The translations under genes and the position numbers were made by a program. Under the pieces are notes generated by a model that saw only the letters and a program-made list of their open reading frames with translations, was not told the DNA's origin and made no database searches. DNA of 64,000 nucleotides from Vicugna vicugna (taxonomy: Eukaryota): positions 9,963,009 to 10,027,008 of the forward strand of contig MU058781.1 of assembly GCA_013265495.1 (NCBI GenBank), in the 5' to 3' direction. Positions 11,901 through 25,310 of this stretch are shown piece after piece. Each line of letters begins with the position of its first letter. Positions within the stretch are counted from its first letter, which is position 1.

Positions 11901-14900
11901 AAAATGAACTGTACGTATGAGACACTGCATGATCAAAGATGGGGCCTGAACAATGCAGGAAAATGAACCATAGGACTTCATAACATTAAGCAAAAAATTT
12001 AGGAGCTGGAAAAAATCTCCCACCAAAGAGAAAAAAAAATCTGTTTATTAAACTATTCTTGAGTCCTAGGCAAAATGGACTATATAATTGCAGTTTAGTG
12101 TAGAAGATTTCCCAGGTCTTTCAATATGTCCTAATCCCACTTCTGTCTCCAGACCAATGCACTGCCATCCGGCCACTCACACAAAGCATTAGTAGCTGGA
12201 GGTACCATCACCCATGGTGTTGTGTTAGACCTCTGTCGATTTTGATCAATTTTAAGTGTAAATGATTGAATAGTTTAAAAATGAGTAGCTTTTAGAGAAC
12301 TATTATAGGTGAGTAGACCTGCACTTAAAAGATCACAAGATGGGGGTAGGTTAATGTGTCTGGCAATCTAATTGTTATTGGAAAAAATAATCTCCTTGAG
12401 CCTAACAGCCGCAGGGACTTAAGCAGCAGGACTTTGACAGATAGGCATCAAGTCTCTGTTTGAACTAAGTGTTTTTGCTTTTATCTCTGTCTATTCATGA
12501 TAACTTCTGAGGAAGCTGAAATGACTTTGACCCAATTTTGTAGAAAGTTCAAGATGTACCTTAATTTCAATTAATGAATTCATTGACCATCTTGATTTAA
12601 TAAAAGTTTGGAGGATTTTGGTCCATTAAAAATTTTTTTTTCTGTCTTTTGTATCAAAGAAAATAGCTAGGACCTTTCTTAGTGCCTTCCTTGATATAAC
12701 TGTTGATTGATAGTAACTCTTGGTTTGATTTCCGTGGAGGCAATTTGTTTCGGATAACGTATACATTTGGTTATAATCTTCACCATAAATAATAATGGTG
12801 GAAGTTCCTCTCATTTTAAAATCAAACAAATTAAAGTTTAGAAAGAATTTTTTTCCTGCAGTAGATAAAATGGGACAGTGTCAACCTCTGAGAAGTCTAG
12901 CAGCAAGCTAAGTTTTGTGAGACACCTGATAGAGCTTGAGTCTTTTATAACCTTTAGTTGGTAGATTTTGTGCTCTACCCACTCCTTACCAATATAGACA
13001 CAACATTTTCAAGAACTACAGAATCTAAAAATATTACCCAGGATGTGTCTCAGGTACATCATGAAACTGATCTGGTCAATTCCTATGCAGTGGTACTCTT
13101 TTTTTTCCTCCTTTTCTACTCAGTTCCTCTCCTGTGCCGTTGGAAGCCTCCCTGCTTCTGAGACCCACTGACTCTGCTTCTTGCCAAAGGATTGTTGAAT
13201 TCTCTGGACTTGTCCAAGTGTAAAGGCAGGCTGTATTCTAAGCAGTGGTCTCAAGAATCCCTTTCGACAGCATAGTGTTACACGTTTCCATAATGGTAAT
13301 TTTAAAAATAGCCCTTAAAAAATTACAGCCCCTCCCCATCAAAGATTTTTGAGGCTCCAGTGACTCCACAAAGTAGAACCTGGGCAGGGACAAACAGCTT
13401 AGTAACAAAGTCCCTAGGAACAGCTCTCCCCACTACTAATTAGGCTTTCTTAATGGACCTTAATTGTCTGCTGGGTTTTTTTGTTCCCATAGAAGTATCT
13501 TCATTCTCTCTAGCTGGTACCCTTAGGGTGGGCTTCCCCATTAATGTGTCTGACTGCCACTGTTTCAAAGCAGTGGACAACACTGAATCTTAGCCACTTT
13601 CTTATCATTTCCATTACTTTTACAGATAAAAATCCTCTGTAGGTAGAGAAGAATGATTGTGCAAATTATTACTAAATCATCTGAATTATCCTCTGGAGAC
13701 CTGTAACTGCCGAGAGTAGAATTAGATTCTGGAGGTAGCTCAGGGTCGTTGCTATTACAGGTTTCCCAAAGAGCTAACACGCATTATTACTATTGGTGGT
13801 GTAATTCATGCTCCTGGGGTAGTCATCCTCTGGGAGTTTATTAGTGAAACACAGTGACCCATGTGAGTAGCTACATATCAAAATACATGTGTAGGTTAAG
13901 ATTTCTGAAGATTTCCTCTGAACTAGGGAAATGCTACGCCTGTGCTCTTTCAGAATTCTGTGGCTTCAGGTTACCCTGCATCTGATCAAAGTTCATCTGG
14001 AGCATGTGGAAACATTCCCAAGATCTCATGAGCTTTTAAATACCCCATGGCCTCTTTGGGGCCGACAGGGAGGCAGAAGGGGCTACCTTGTAGTGTAATG
14101 TATCTCCCATCAGGTCTTAGTGAGTGCAGGCAACAGCTTCATTGTCAGAAGTCCCCATCCAATGAGGAACTCCATTTCTGCTCGAGTCTTTTTTGGATGG
14201 ACCCAGCACACACCTCCCTTCTCTTGACTTTGTCTGGTCTGATGCCACAGACACTAATTCTTTCAGTGTCAAACCAGAACCACCACTCTAGTGTCAGCTT
14301 CCCGAGTCTCCATATTCTGTGATTACTGTAAGTATCCGAGTAGTTTGGACACAAAACTGAATATGGTCAACTAAATGTGTATTATATTGAAGACACGTCT
14401 CTTTTTGCCTCTGCAACTAAGTATCACAAGAAGAGTGTGTGCCTGACTGCCTCTGTTTCAAAGCAGATGTAATAAATCAAGAAGTTAAAATAGTTCACCC
14501 AGAAGGTAAATCTATCTCCTAAGGACACAGCTGTAGAAAGCAAAGAAGAAACTTCCGTATATGGTATTTCCCCGGCGCTTCAGAACCTGGCTCTTAAAAT
14601 GTGTCTCTTAGATGTATTATACCATTTCAGGCAAACAAAATACTATCTACATTTTTAAAGGAAAAGAGAACTAAGTTTCTCCAAAAAAATTCTCACATTT
14701 CAAAATGAGTTTTTTAATAATTGTGGAAATAATAGATGTGTATTATGGAAATAATAAGTTATATAAAGTAGAGAAATAATTTCCCATTCTCCCATCACTG
14801 AGTGTTAACAGATGTCAATGTTTTACTCTGTTTGCTAGGAGTCTGTCTATCTGTGGACATGCGCACCCATCTATAAACTGCCCGTACTCTGTGCTAATAA

Positions 14901-14914
14901 AAATGATGACAAGC

Positions 14915-15030
14915 AGTAATGAAAGCTGACATTTATGGAGCGTGTTCTATCTGTCTGACACAGTTACACATGCTTTTCAAACATTAACTCATTTACTCGT
15001 CATGTATCTCTCTGAAAGAAATAGTATTAA
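14915..15030 (-). mobile_element. MIR fragment
   Basis: agctgacatttatggagcgtgttctatctgtctgacacagtt...attaactcatttactc. Confidence 0.6.
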
Positions 15031-15265
15031 AAAGAAGTAATAATAGGCAACTAACATGCAACTTACCTGATATTTGTAGTGATACATCAATTAAAAGTAA
15101 GACTCAACATGTAGTAAGTGGTCCAAAATACATTATGGAACAGTTCGAGGTCAATTTTAGTTGAAATAAACGTGAACAAGATGCATATTGCGCTTACTTT
15201 GAAGAGTGTACCATCTTATTCATTACACAAGTATTGCTTATGAATTTACTGTCCTAAAATTTACT

Positions 15266-15336
15266 GTGGGGTTGAAAGATGCAATAAAATGGAGTAGACT
15301 TGAGAATTACATCTAGGGAAAAACTAGATATTGAAG
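15266..15336 (+). repeat. 71-bp segment duplicated at 17233-17303
   Basis: gtggggttgaaagatgca(a/g)taaaatggagtagacttgagaattacatctagggaaaaactagatat(t/g)gaag. 2 mismatches, offset 1967. Confidence 0.95.
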
Positions 15337-16525
15337 ACAAATGGTCAGAAATATTAAACCATTTGAAAATTGTTACTCATGATGACAATCCCCTTCTCCC
15401 TTTGCAAAATGTCAGAATATCTCTTTTGTGATGCAGAAACTTGATGCTTTGGAGTAAGAAAGCATTTGTGTCAAGAGTCTTGGTAGGGGATGTATTGGTG
15501 TATGTGAAATGGCTACAAGAAATTTTCTGAAGATAATATGATAATTTTTGACCACAAAATAACTGAATTTATATCATGACCTAAAACACTTTGATGAGCT
15601 GGCCAAATCATCATAGTGGTCATGTTTGGGACACAAGTCTTAAGAAAACTTCATTTTAAGTTTCTTCCTCAGATCCAAGGAAGCAGCTGAAAGTTGGCAT
15701 TGCTAGATTGGCTCCCTTAGCTACTGTTTGGAAATCCAAATGTCCTCAAAGTTACCTTCTGACCCCAGTGACAGGTGCCTTAGTCATAACTACCACATGG
15801 ATTTAAATAGCAAATTAATTTCATATGTTTGGCTTGTGACTCATTTGTTTTTTAGTTCTCTTATTCCAGCAGGTCTGTATTGTCAAGGCTACATGATAAA
15901 TGTGCTTTTTGCCCAGCACAATAATCTTTATCACCAACAAAGATGATAATTTATTTCACAGTTCATTACAGCTATCATTTAGTGAATTATTTTCAATGCT
16001 CATCTTCAAGTATCAGTAGATATTTATAAACACATGCGGGGTATAGGAATACCATATTTTTTTCTCTGTGGACTGTCTGACATTTCTTGGTTAATGAGAG
16101 ATTAAATGAGAATTCTGATCACTGCATGGATCATATCTGCCTGTTAAGTATTGTTGATACTCTCTTTGCCAGCATCATCTCAGAACAACACTAAAGCCCC
16201 AGGAGGGGCATGGCAAACATTTACAAACTGTCAATATCACATTTTTTATGTTATATACATAGGCTTAGTTACTCAGAGAGTCTCTAAAACTCCTCCTGTG
16301 ATTATTCTGTTCCTTCCTTCAAAAGTTTGCAGTGGTTGCCATTGTTTGCATTGAGATAGTGGCCATTACTTTCTTTGATCTGGAATAAAACTTAATTTCT
16401 GAGTCAAATGCTATCCATTTAGTAACTATTGAAACTAATATTTTTAATTATAATTGCATGTATATATATAATGTCCTATTTCTTTAATTAGATTATATTC
16501 TCATTGAAGCTAGGCACTCCACTCT

Positions 16526-16886
16526 TTTTTCATTTTGTTTTGTTAATATATTTTTGTTGAAGTATAGTCAGTTTACAATGTTGTGTCAATTTCTGGTGTA
16601 TAGCACAATACTTCAGTCATATGGAAACATACCTATGTTCGTTTTCATATTCTTTTCCAATATAAGTTACTATAAGATATTGAATATGGTTCCCTGTGCT
16701 ATACGGTATAAACTTGTTTATCGGATTTTGTGAGAATCCTCCTGTACTTCGAAATGAGAGACATTCTGCCAGAGTTCAGTAGGTGTTCTGTGCAATTCAG
16801 TGGGTTTGTAGATGTAATTCTTGGTGTATTTGTGGGAGAGGGTGAGCTGTGAGTCTCTCTACTCTGCCACCTTGGTTCCGCCTCTC
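16526..16886 (-). mobile_element. Bipartite mini-L1: first 165 nt of an L1 5'UTR fused to the L1 3' end with A-rich tail
   Basis: The minus strand starts gagaggcggaaccaaggtggcagagtagagagactcacagctcaccctctcccac (L1 5' terminus with degenerate YY1 motif). It joins at 16722/16721 to ataaacaagtttataccgtatagcacagggaac...gactatacttcaac plus an A-rich tail. TSD ccactct at 16519-25 and 16887-93. Confidence 0.85.
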
Positions 16887-17293
16887 CCACTCTACTCTAT
16901 ATGCATCTAGAAGTAGCTGGGAAGATTAAAACTCTTAGTGATCATTGGCTACTTTTAAGTGCATTTGGCAAGATTTACAGGAAAAAGAAAAAGTCACATG
17001 AATAAATGGTCATTTTGAAACCAGAAATAAAAGAGAATGGAGGAAGCCTAGAACTCAGATGTTGAAGACTAGAAAATCCTACTGGTTCTAGATGCAGGAA
17101 ATAGAGGAAAAAACATCTTTGAGAGATGAGAGCTCCTAGAATCCCAGTCTTGTGATGAATGTCAAATTGTGTTTATGGTCTTATAAGTCTGTAGCTTCAA
17201 AGTAGCTACCCCTGAGTAGAGAGAGGGGTGTGGTGGGGTTGAAAGATGCAGTAAAATGGAGTAGACTTGAGAATTACATCTAGGGAAAAACTA

Positions 17294-17790
17294 GATATGG
17301 AAGCAACCTCAGTGTCCACTGACAGATGATTGGATTCCACACATACAATGGAATACTACTCAGCCATAAAAAGGAATAAAATAATCTGCATCAATGTGGA
17401 TGGACCTGGAGATTGCCATACTAAATGAAGAAAGCCAGAAAGAGAAAGAAAAATACCATATGATACCACTTATATGTGGAATCTAAAAAAAATGAGACAA
17501 ATGAACTTATTTATTAGACAGAAACGGACATAGAAAACAAACTTGTGGTTACTAGGTGGGAAACGGGGTGGGGGTGGAGGGATAAATTTTGTGTTAGGGA
17601 TTTGCAGATATTAACTTATAATATATAAAATAGATAAACAGCAAGGTCCTACTGTATAGCACAGGGACCTGTATTCAATACCTTGTAATAACCTATAATG
17701 AAAAAGAAGATGAAAAGGAATCTGAATCACTATGGTATACAGCAGAAATTAACACAACATTGTAAATTGACTACACTGTAATAAAAAAAA
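17294..17790 (+). mobile_element. 5'-truncated young L1 3' end
   Basis: atatggaagcaacctcagtgtccactgacagatga...tactcagccataaaaagg...gactacactgtaataaaaaaaa. Confidence 0.93.
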
Positions 17791-20700
17791 TAAGTATTAG
17801 GAAGTTTGCAAGACTAGTGGAGGAGAATAACAGAGAGATAAACAATTAAAAATATTGAACCTTCAAATATAGAATAAATTTGAATAAATTAAAATTAAAA
17901 AAAACTCTATGTGTAAATATTGATCCATGGAACTAACCAGAAGAAAGGATCAGAAGCTTATGAATTTTTTGTGGGGTATGTGTTGCCTAAAACACCAAAA
18001 GCTGGGGAAAAAAATTTTTTTTGTTCAAAGATAAAACACACTTGAGTTCCTACCCTTCTATAAACAGGAACATGTTCCAAAAACTGTACACCCTCAGGAG
18101 GGTGTATCTCCTAATGCCCGCTTCAGATAGAGCCGTGAAGCCTGATGAACGAAGACCCCTTCCCTGCTGAAGTCAGAACCGGAGCTGTAGAGATAAATAG
18201 AAAACTGAATCTAATTTAAAAAATTCCCCACTGTCAGTTCAAGAAACTTTATATGCCTGCACTGCAGTAAATTGCAAACCAGCAACTGCTGAGTGTCTTC
18301 CTTTTTCCTTTTGCAAACAGGAGTTTGATGCGGCTAGTGCCCCTGCTCCCACATTGTATATTAATGTGTATGGTGAGGAACGGCAGATCAACTTTTACTC
18401 TTTAGTACATGTTTTACTCTGTAGTACGTGTGTGTTATTTTCCACATTCCCCCTCAAAAATGTTGCTTGACTGTATGATTCCAATAGGATTTAATTTAAT
18501 TATGTTCACTGATGTTGATAATATTTCATGAATGGTTTTCATTTTTTAAATTTCTCAAGGAGTTTCTCTTCCTTTCAAAATGCATGGGCACTCCTATGAC
18601 TACCCTCATTTGGATGCTGCCAAGACCATCTCATACTGGAAATTAAGTCTGGCCCCAGTAACATGATAACAAACTGTGCAGGACCCTTCAAGCTCACTCA
18701 GTCCAAACCAGGCACTCATGTGAAAGGCAAGCTGTTGGAAGTCCTCCTTTTAGACACCATAATATTGTGTTCTTAGTGTCATGCAATTTTACGTTTACTT
18801 GTTATCGCTTAAATGTTACTTGCTATAAGCATTTACAGTGTGTTAGTGTAATCTGCACTAAGGACAAATTGATGAATAAAACAGATTCCATCCTTTCTAG
18901 AAGTCCTTCTAGATGTTGTTGGATATGCACTGCTGGGTAGTAAATACTTGGATAGTAAGTAAACTGCCTCTGCTGGCGTTTTGATGGTTTTACTGGAAAA
19001 CGCATTGTTTTCTATACCTTTCACAATCATGAAATGTAAGTTAATTATGATTTCCACAGATACTCCCTGGTGTGACATTTTTAAAGGCATAGTAGTATAA
19101 GCCGTAAGGAATGGCCTGCTCTACTTATCTTGACTAACATACTCTTACGGTGGAGTTTGTCTTAACTAACTTGTATAAGTTCAGTGCTATTCTTTTTATT
19201 TGCTAAATTTATTTTATTATTATTGTTATTGTATTAGATTTTATCACAAAGTCATAAAAATAAATTAATGTCTGAAAAGTTATCCACTAAAATGTAAAAG
19301 GAATCAATAACAAATTTGAAAGTAAGATTTTATTGGAGACTCAATCCATTTTCCTTAACTCTTCAGAGTATTGTTTATTATGAAGCTTTGTCAATGGGTG
19401 ACAAATTCATCAAAGATTTCTTGTCATTTTCAAAGTACAGTGACCTTTCTTATATTCCAAATAACATTTCCAGAATAGGGCAAAATAATGCTCTCAGTGT
19501 GAAAAGGCTTCACTCAAAAGAACAAAACTAGATACAAGTCATGGTATGGCTAAGAAATTGTAAACCCTACATGCTTCATAAAAATGTTTTTTCAGAGAGA
19601 GAGCAGATGATCAATTGGCAGTGTCCTTTAATGTGAAGGCACACTTGGGTATGGTGTCCGTGGCATACAAGTTGGAGGTTTAATTAATATCTGCGTGCTA
19701 GCAGACAGTCTTACATTGCAGTTGGATAAAACAATTGGCCTTTTGTTCAACTAATGATTATTTTAGAAAACAATATGAACTGGAAATCGCATTTCCTAAC
19801 TGACATAATTCCAACTATCTGATCAACGTGGAAAGGCATTGTCACATGAACAAAAGTGGTTGCCCAAAGATAACAATCCACTTACCACATTAATTAGAGA
19901 AAACAGTTGGAAGTCAGTGATATGTCTTCTAATTTTGATTCAATGATGAAGAAAAGAATTAAAATTGAAAACACAATCAAATTTTGCCTCTAAAGTTATG
20001 CTTTTTCACCACAATACTTGCATCTATGCTACAGTGTCCTGACTATCAAGGACAGGTACTCACAGAAGTATCTAAGAGGATAATTTCTTCAGGTGATTGA
20101 TAATGCCGAAGAAATATTCACGATCCTGAGTAACACTACCTAATACTTGAGAATCAAAGAATCATGGTTTTAATCACAAGACTACCAGGATTTCTGAAAA
20201 GAACTGTACTGTCACCTAAATGACTTCATTGCCAAGAAATTGACTTTTTACTGTACTCATTGGAGGAAAGGGCCAGTCATGTGTTACTGGACATATTTAG
20301 GAATACCATCGGGTTTCCTCAACAGAACGTACATGTTTCTCAGCACCGAATGCACTGAGAGACAGATTAAACGAGCAGTTACTGTTACCACCCAGTGAAA
20401 GCTCTCGAGCCGCTAGCTTCTGAGCGCGAAGTCAGCATCCAGTCTCTGACAGACTGCTGAGTGGTCTTCAGTAAGGGAGAACATGTACTTCTAGATTCAG
20501 TCCAAACGGCCAGAACCATCTGACAGATATATCCACACTTGCTGCTTTTCTCAAGGGCCTTTGATTGTGAATTCATTTTCTGATTCAAGGAAAATAGAGA
20601 AGCAAGAAAAACTCATCTGGTTTAAGCCATCCGTTATCAAATTGAATACAGAACAAATGCTAACAATTACTAATTTAAAAATAAAAAGATGCTTTTTCAT

Positions 20701-23700
20701 GATTTAAAATTATGGTAGACCTATTAAAATATCCCAAATGAAGGGTTTCTTTTTGTCAAGCTGGAGTTAATGAGTCATTAGGTCGAGGGCTCCTGACTGC
20801 TTCCACCCCAGACCCTAGAGACCTTTACAAAAAACATCTTTGGACCCAGCTGTGACAGCGGTCTAGCACACTTCTAGACTCTTTATAGAATCTGCTCCCT
20901 TTGCTTCCTGTTCTTTCTAGGTTCCCAGAAGCCTAGATAAATAACCAAGACTCTAGACCAGAAAAGAATCAAGTCTTCAGTTACCTCATCCCATTTGCCT
21001 ATATCACGTGACCTGTCCTCTGTAGGTACCTTTTTAGTTTTGGACCAGACTCCTCATTCTCATTTCCCTTAGGCTGGGGTACTTGCTCTAGCTGGAGGGC
21101 AATGCCCAGAGGCTCACTGAAATGCTCCTAAGGGCCAGTCTATCAGCCCCTTTCTAGTTATGCTGTCATTTGCCAAGATCTTTGTAAAAGCTTAGGTGCT
21201 AGAGGTTCTGATGAAGATAAAACCACACACCCATGAGTAAACAAATGTGTTTCAACAATTCACAAAGCTCTTTAGTTCTTATTCTAACCTAGTATCAATT
21301 CTGATCAAAGTGGGTATTTTCAGCAGAGGGTCAGAGTAGGGAAGAGAGAGCATATGCAAAAGGATTTCACTGAGCATACACTTACTAAATGAACCACATA
21401 AAGAGGTGTGATCAGGGTTCCAAACGTTTACATAATGTGGCATCTGAGGGTCAGCTTGTAAATGTCAGTCTCCAGTGACTTCTTCTGGAATTCTTATGGA
21501 CTAGACTTTCTCTCATTCTGATATTAGAAATCATATTTCATTCTCTTATTTTTCTCCAAGAATTGTATTTCCTGGCATTTTTATTATGGGATAACATCGG
21601 ATGTAGCTGTCCAAGTCCATTCACCATTTACCACTGAGAAATTTATATTGTATGGGGCCCCTTTTCAGAAATGGGAACTTAGATAGGAGAGGTCTCTGGC
21701 ACACCGTTGGTGGCACACTTAAGTAGAATTGTGGGTTTATATATATGTGAAGTACACAGACGGAGAAAGGATAGGCTGTGTGCAGAATATGTAAATAAGT
21801 AAAGCTTATTAATTCCATTTTGAGAGTCCAAAAACATATTTGAAGTTAGCCACAAATGAGAGGATTTCTTCATAACCTATAAAAGCCTTTTTAAAATCTT
21901 AATTATGCACACTCTTTAAGAAATGCCAAATGGTCATTATTTGGAAAGGAAGGAACCAAACCTCGAAAAAGGGCATGTCCTTCCCTAAGTCAAAACTGAT
22001 GGTATGTGCACATAGTTCGTGTTAATTACAAAAAAAAAAGTCCCTTTTTCTTATTCATAACATATGAGGCATTCTGATGTTGGGTTTTTTTTTTCTTCTT
22101 TTGACACTGAGAATAAAAAACTAACTTTGACTTAAGAAAGTCACAGATACCTACCAACCTTAACTCTGCTGCTAATTAATGCTATCAAAAGACCTCGCAG
22201 GATGTTCTGCAGCCCTTTTATCTCGGCAGGATGAGTAGCTTCAAACAGCCTCCCATCTCCCATTGCCAGTTGGATGTCATCTAAAAACTGAATAATAGCA
22301 GCAACTGTTCTTAGTGAAAATACTGCAGCCTCTTCCTCTGGCGTATAGAATAAAAGAAAATGGGCAGCCACATAATTATCTATTTTTTTTTCTGCACACA
22401 TACCCCACCCACACTCACACCCGGCTCTTGCTCACCATTTCAATTTGGGAAAGATGTTCTCTGCATTCTTTAGCTGTGTACATTAGAATGTCTGAAATGT
22501 TTCAAGGTGAATTCATTTTCAGATTGTATTGCACTGTATGATAGGAAAACATGACCGGGTTTTTGGTAAAATAGCTCCAGAATCTTTATGGGCTTTGCAG
22601 TAAAATTCCTTTGAGAGCATAAGCCAAACCATGCATGTCACTGTCATGCTCTGTATGACAGTTTATGCTGAATATCATCAGAGGGCACAGCTCTGTGTAG
22701 ATATATAAAGGACTCTTATCTTTCCCAGATGTACTTATAAACATGTCTTCTGACTGCAAGTCTCATTTCCAAAGTGTTTTATTTTTTCATATTGCTATTA
22801 AATATCAATTTATCGTATCAATGACACAATTTCTAGTTTTTGTGAATTGATGAGATAAATCTTTTAAAAAGTAGATTACATGGTTTTGTTTCCATTATAG
22901 AAGATGAAATACTATAAATAAATACATACAGGAACATTTCTAAATGGCTTGAGAGCCAAAACATTTTCTGGGAATGAAAATGGACATATACAAAATAATT
23001 CCACATTTTCCATAATATTCCAAAAAGGAACTAAAGTGAAAATTTTCTTACCAACACTAGCAATTAAAAAATATTTATTCCACTATAATTTTCAATTGGA
23101 TTAGGAAAAAAAGTCTTAGAATATGATTTCATTCTTACCATAAATCAAGAAATGTAATACCATGATTTGAGATAACACTTTTTTTTAAAGTCATATTTTA
23201 ATGGCTTATAATAACTCTTGAATAAATAAGCAGTATTTGGGGAGAAATTTTAACCAACGTTTTTTCTTTGTTCACAAGCTAAATTGTTTGCTACTTCTGA
23301 GAGTAATACCATTGTACTTGTTAGATAATTTACAGTAAACACACATCCTCTTAATCACATCACAGAAGCTTAAATAGATTTGTAAAACCATTAAAAAATC
23401 AATACTTAGCTTTTAGGTGATGAATTAATTAATGGAGTGTGAATGCTTGAAGTCTGCACTACCCAGCATGCACTACAGTTTTTCATAACATCACTGTCAA
23501 TGGGAACACTATACAAAGTAACATAATGTAACTAGCTGGGGAAGTGCTGATAAAAATATATCAATCTCTGCTTCCCAATGAGAATATTCCAGTAAAAACT
23601 TATTTTTGGTAAGAAATGCAATTCAGTATTTTTCTGTTACACACAGTGATGGAAGAAAGAATTGTTGTTGATAAGTGAAATTCAGAGAAAAAGTCACCAG

Positions 23701-24489
23701 GAATGTTCCAGCTTTTTTAAATTCATCAGGCAATAGGTGATGGTATAAGCAGAGGCATATGAAATTGTGGAGAGCCGTACAGATTGGGGTATGAGATTTT
23801 ACTGTTTCCTCCAATAACTTGAAGTCTTTTTCTGAAAAATAGATCATATTTTTCTGTTTTCATTTGGGTTTATTCTATCCCATCCCTCTTCCAGTAACTC
23901 TTTCCACTCTTTAAAAAAATTTCTTTTCCTTAAAGATGTCAACTAAGATTTCTACAGGAAAGTGTAATCAGATACTGGTTCATGCCTTCAAGAACTTACA
24001 CTCTAGTTGAATAACATTATAAAGTAGACCAATATTAGTAATAAAGGATTTACTGAAACAGAAGTTTGAGGTGGCAAAACACATAATTTTGATGATGATT
24101 TTTAAGAACACGAAGTTACAAATATAAAATTAAATATGAAGTTTTTTATTTTTGATTTCAGCTAGACTTAGGCTCTCACTGAGAAGACCAGTAAAGCTGA
24201 GAAAATTTTCTTATAAATAGCCTGCTTAAGGGAACTGAGAAACTGTTGTGGCAACAAGGACTTCTGGGAAAACAGCCTCTGAGAACCAGGAACCATGCAG
24301 GGAGTAGTGAGGCCACTGTTAACTCCAGGACATTTGGTGACTCTGGATAGAGGACAACAAGCTGAAGATTCCCAAGCTTTGGACAGAGAACCTCTACTAA
24401 GAGGCAGGATAATCAGTAGAAATTTTGGCAATCTGGCAGGATTAGAGACCAAAATTATAGTCTTGAGGATCCAAGACCCTAATTAAGCT

Positions 24490-24835
24490 AAAAATCAGTA
24501 ACAAAAAATAACCAAAAAGTACCCAACTTTTAGAAAATTAAGCTATACACTTATAAATAATATGTTGGTCACATAAGAAATCAAAGGGAAATTTTTTAAA
24601 AATTGACTATATGATAATGTGATATATAAGACATTGAATGATTAGAATGCAACTAAAGCTGAATTAAAAAGAAAATGTACAGTCTTGCATTCATGTATTA
24701 GAGAATTCAAAAGGCTGGAAATTGATGACCTTACTATTTCAAGAAATTATAAAAAGAACAGTAAATTAATCCCAAAAAAATAAAGGGGAAAAAAATATAT
24801 AACAACAGAAATGAATTAAATTGAAAAATCAACTA
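24490..24835 (+). mobile_element. Old L1 ORF2 fragment
   Basis: Degenerate match to the region after the endonuclease domain (atgcaactaaagctgaattaaaaagaaaatgtacagtcttgcattcatgtattagag). Confidence 0.65.
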
Positions 24836-25310
24836 CCACTTTCTGATTTATATGCTATATATTATTACAAGCATTCAATTCAATATTGTTTTTATTATCC
24901 CTAGAAAGTATTGTTGTTATTGCTTTATGCAGTTTATATTTATCCAAATGTTTAACATTTTCTTTTTTCACCATTTCTTCTGACATTTTTTTTTCTTCTT
25001 AAACTGGCCTTTCAAAGGAACATTTGTGAAGGATATTTTTGTGACATTAAATCTTCTAAATGTCTTTACTTTGCCATAATATGTACAAGATAGTTTAACT
25101 GGGTATGTAATTCTAGGTTGTAAGTTATTTCCTCCTAGCACCTTTAAGAGATTGTTCATTGCCTTCTGATTTTCCCTGCTGATACTTTTGGTCATTTATG
25201 ACTTTTCTTCCTGGTGTTATTATTCTTTTTCTCCTCCCACTGTGTTATGTTGAAGAATCAATTTCACTGTAACTATTCCGTGGGGGTTTTCTGAATCTGG
25301 GGATCTTTCT
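24836..25310 (-). mobile_element. Old L1 ORF1 / HAL1 fragment
   Basis: ORF 24968-25195 contains KVLGGNNLQPRITYPVKLS...GKVKTF, similar to the ORF1p C-terminal QPRI.YPAKLS motif. Confidence 0.7.

Noticed and set aside
16809..16821. 13-mer agaattacatcta shared in inverted orientation between the mini-L1 5'UTR and the 71-bp duplicated segment; also a 14-mer tagacttgagaatt at 2976-2989
   Set aside because: Short AT-rich matches that do not extend. Most likely chance.
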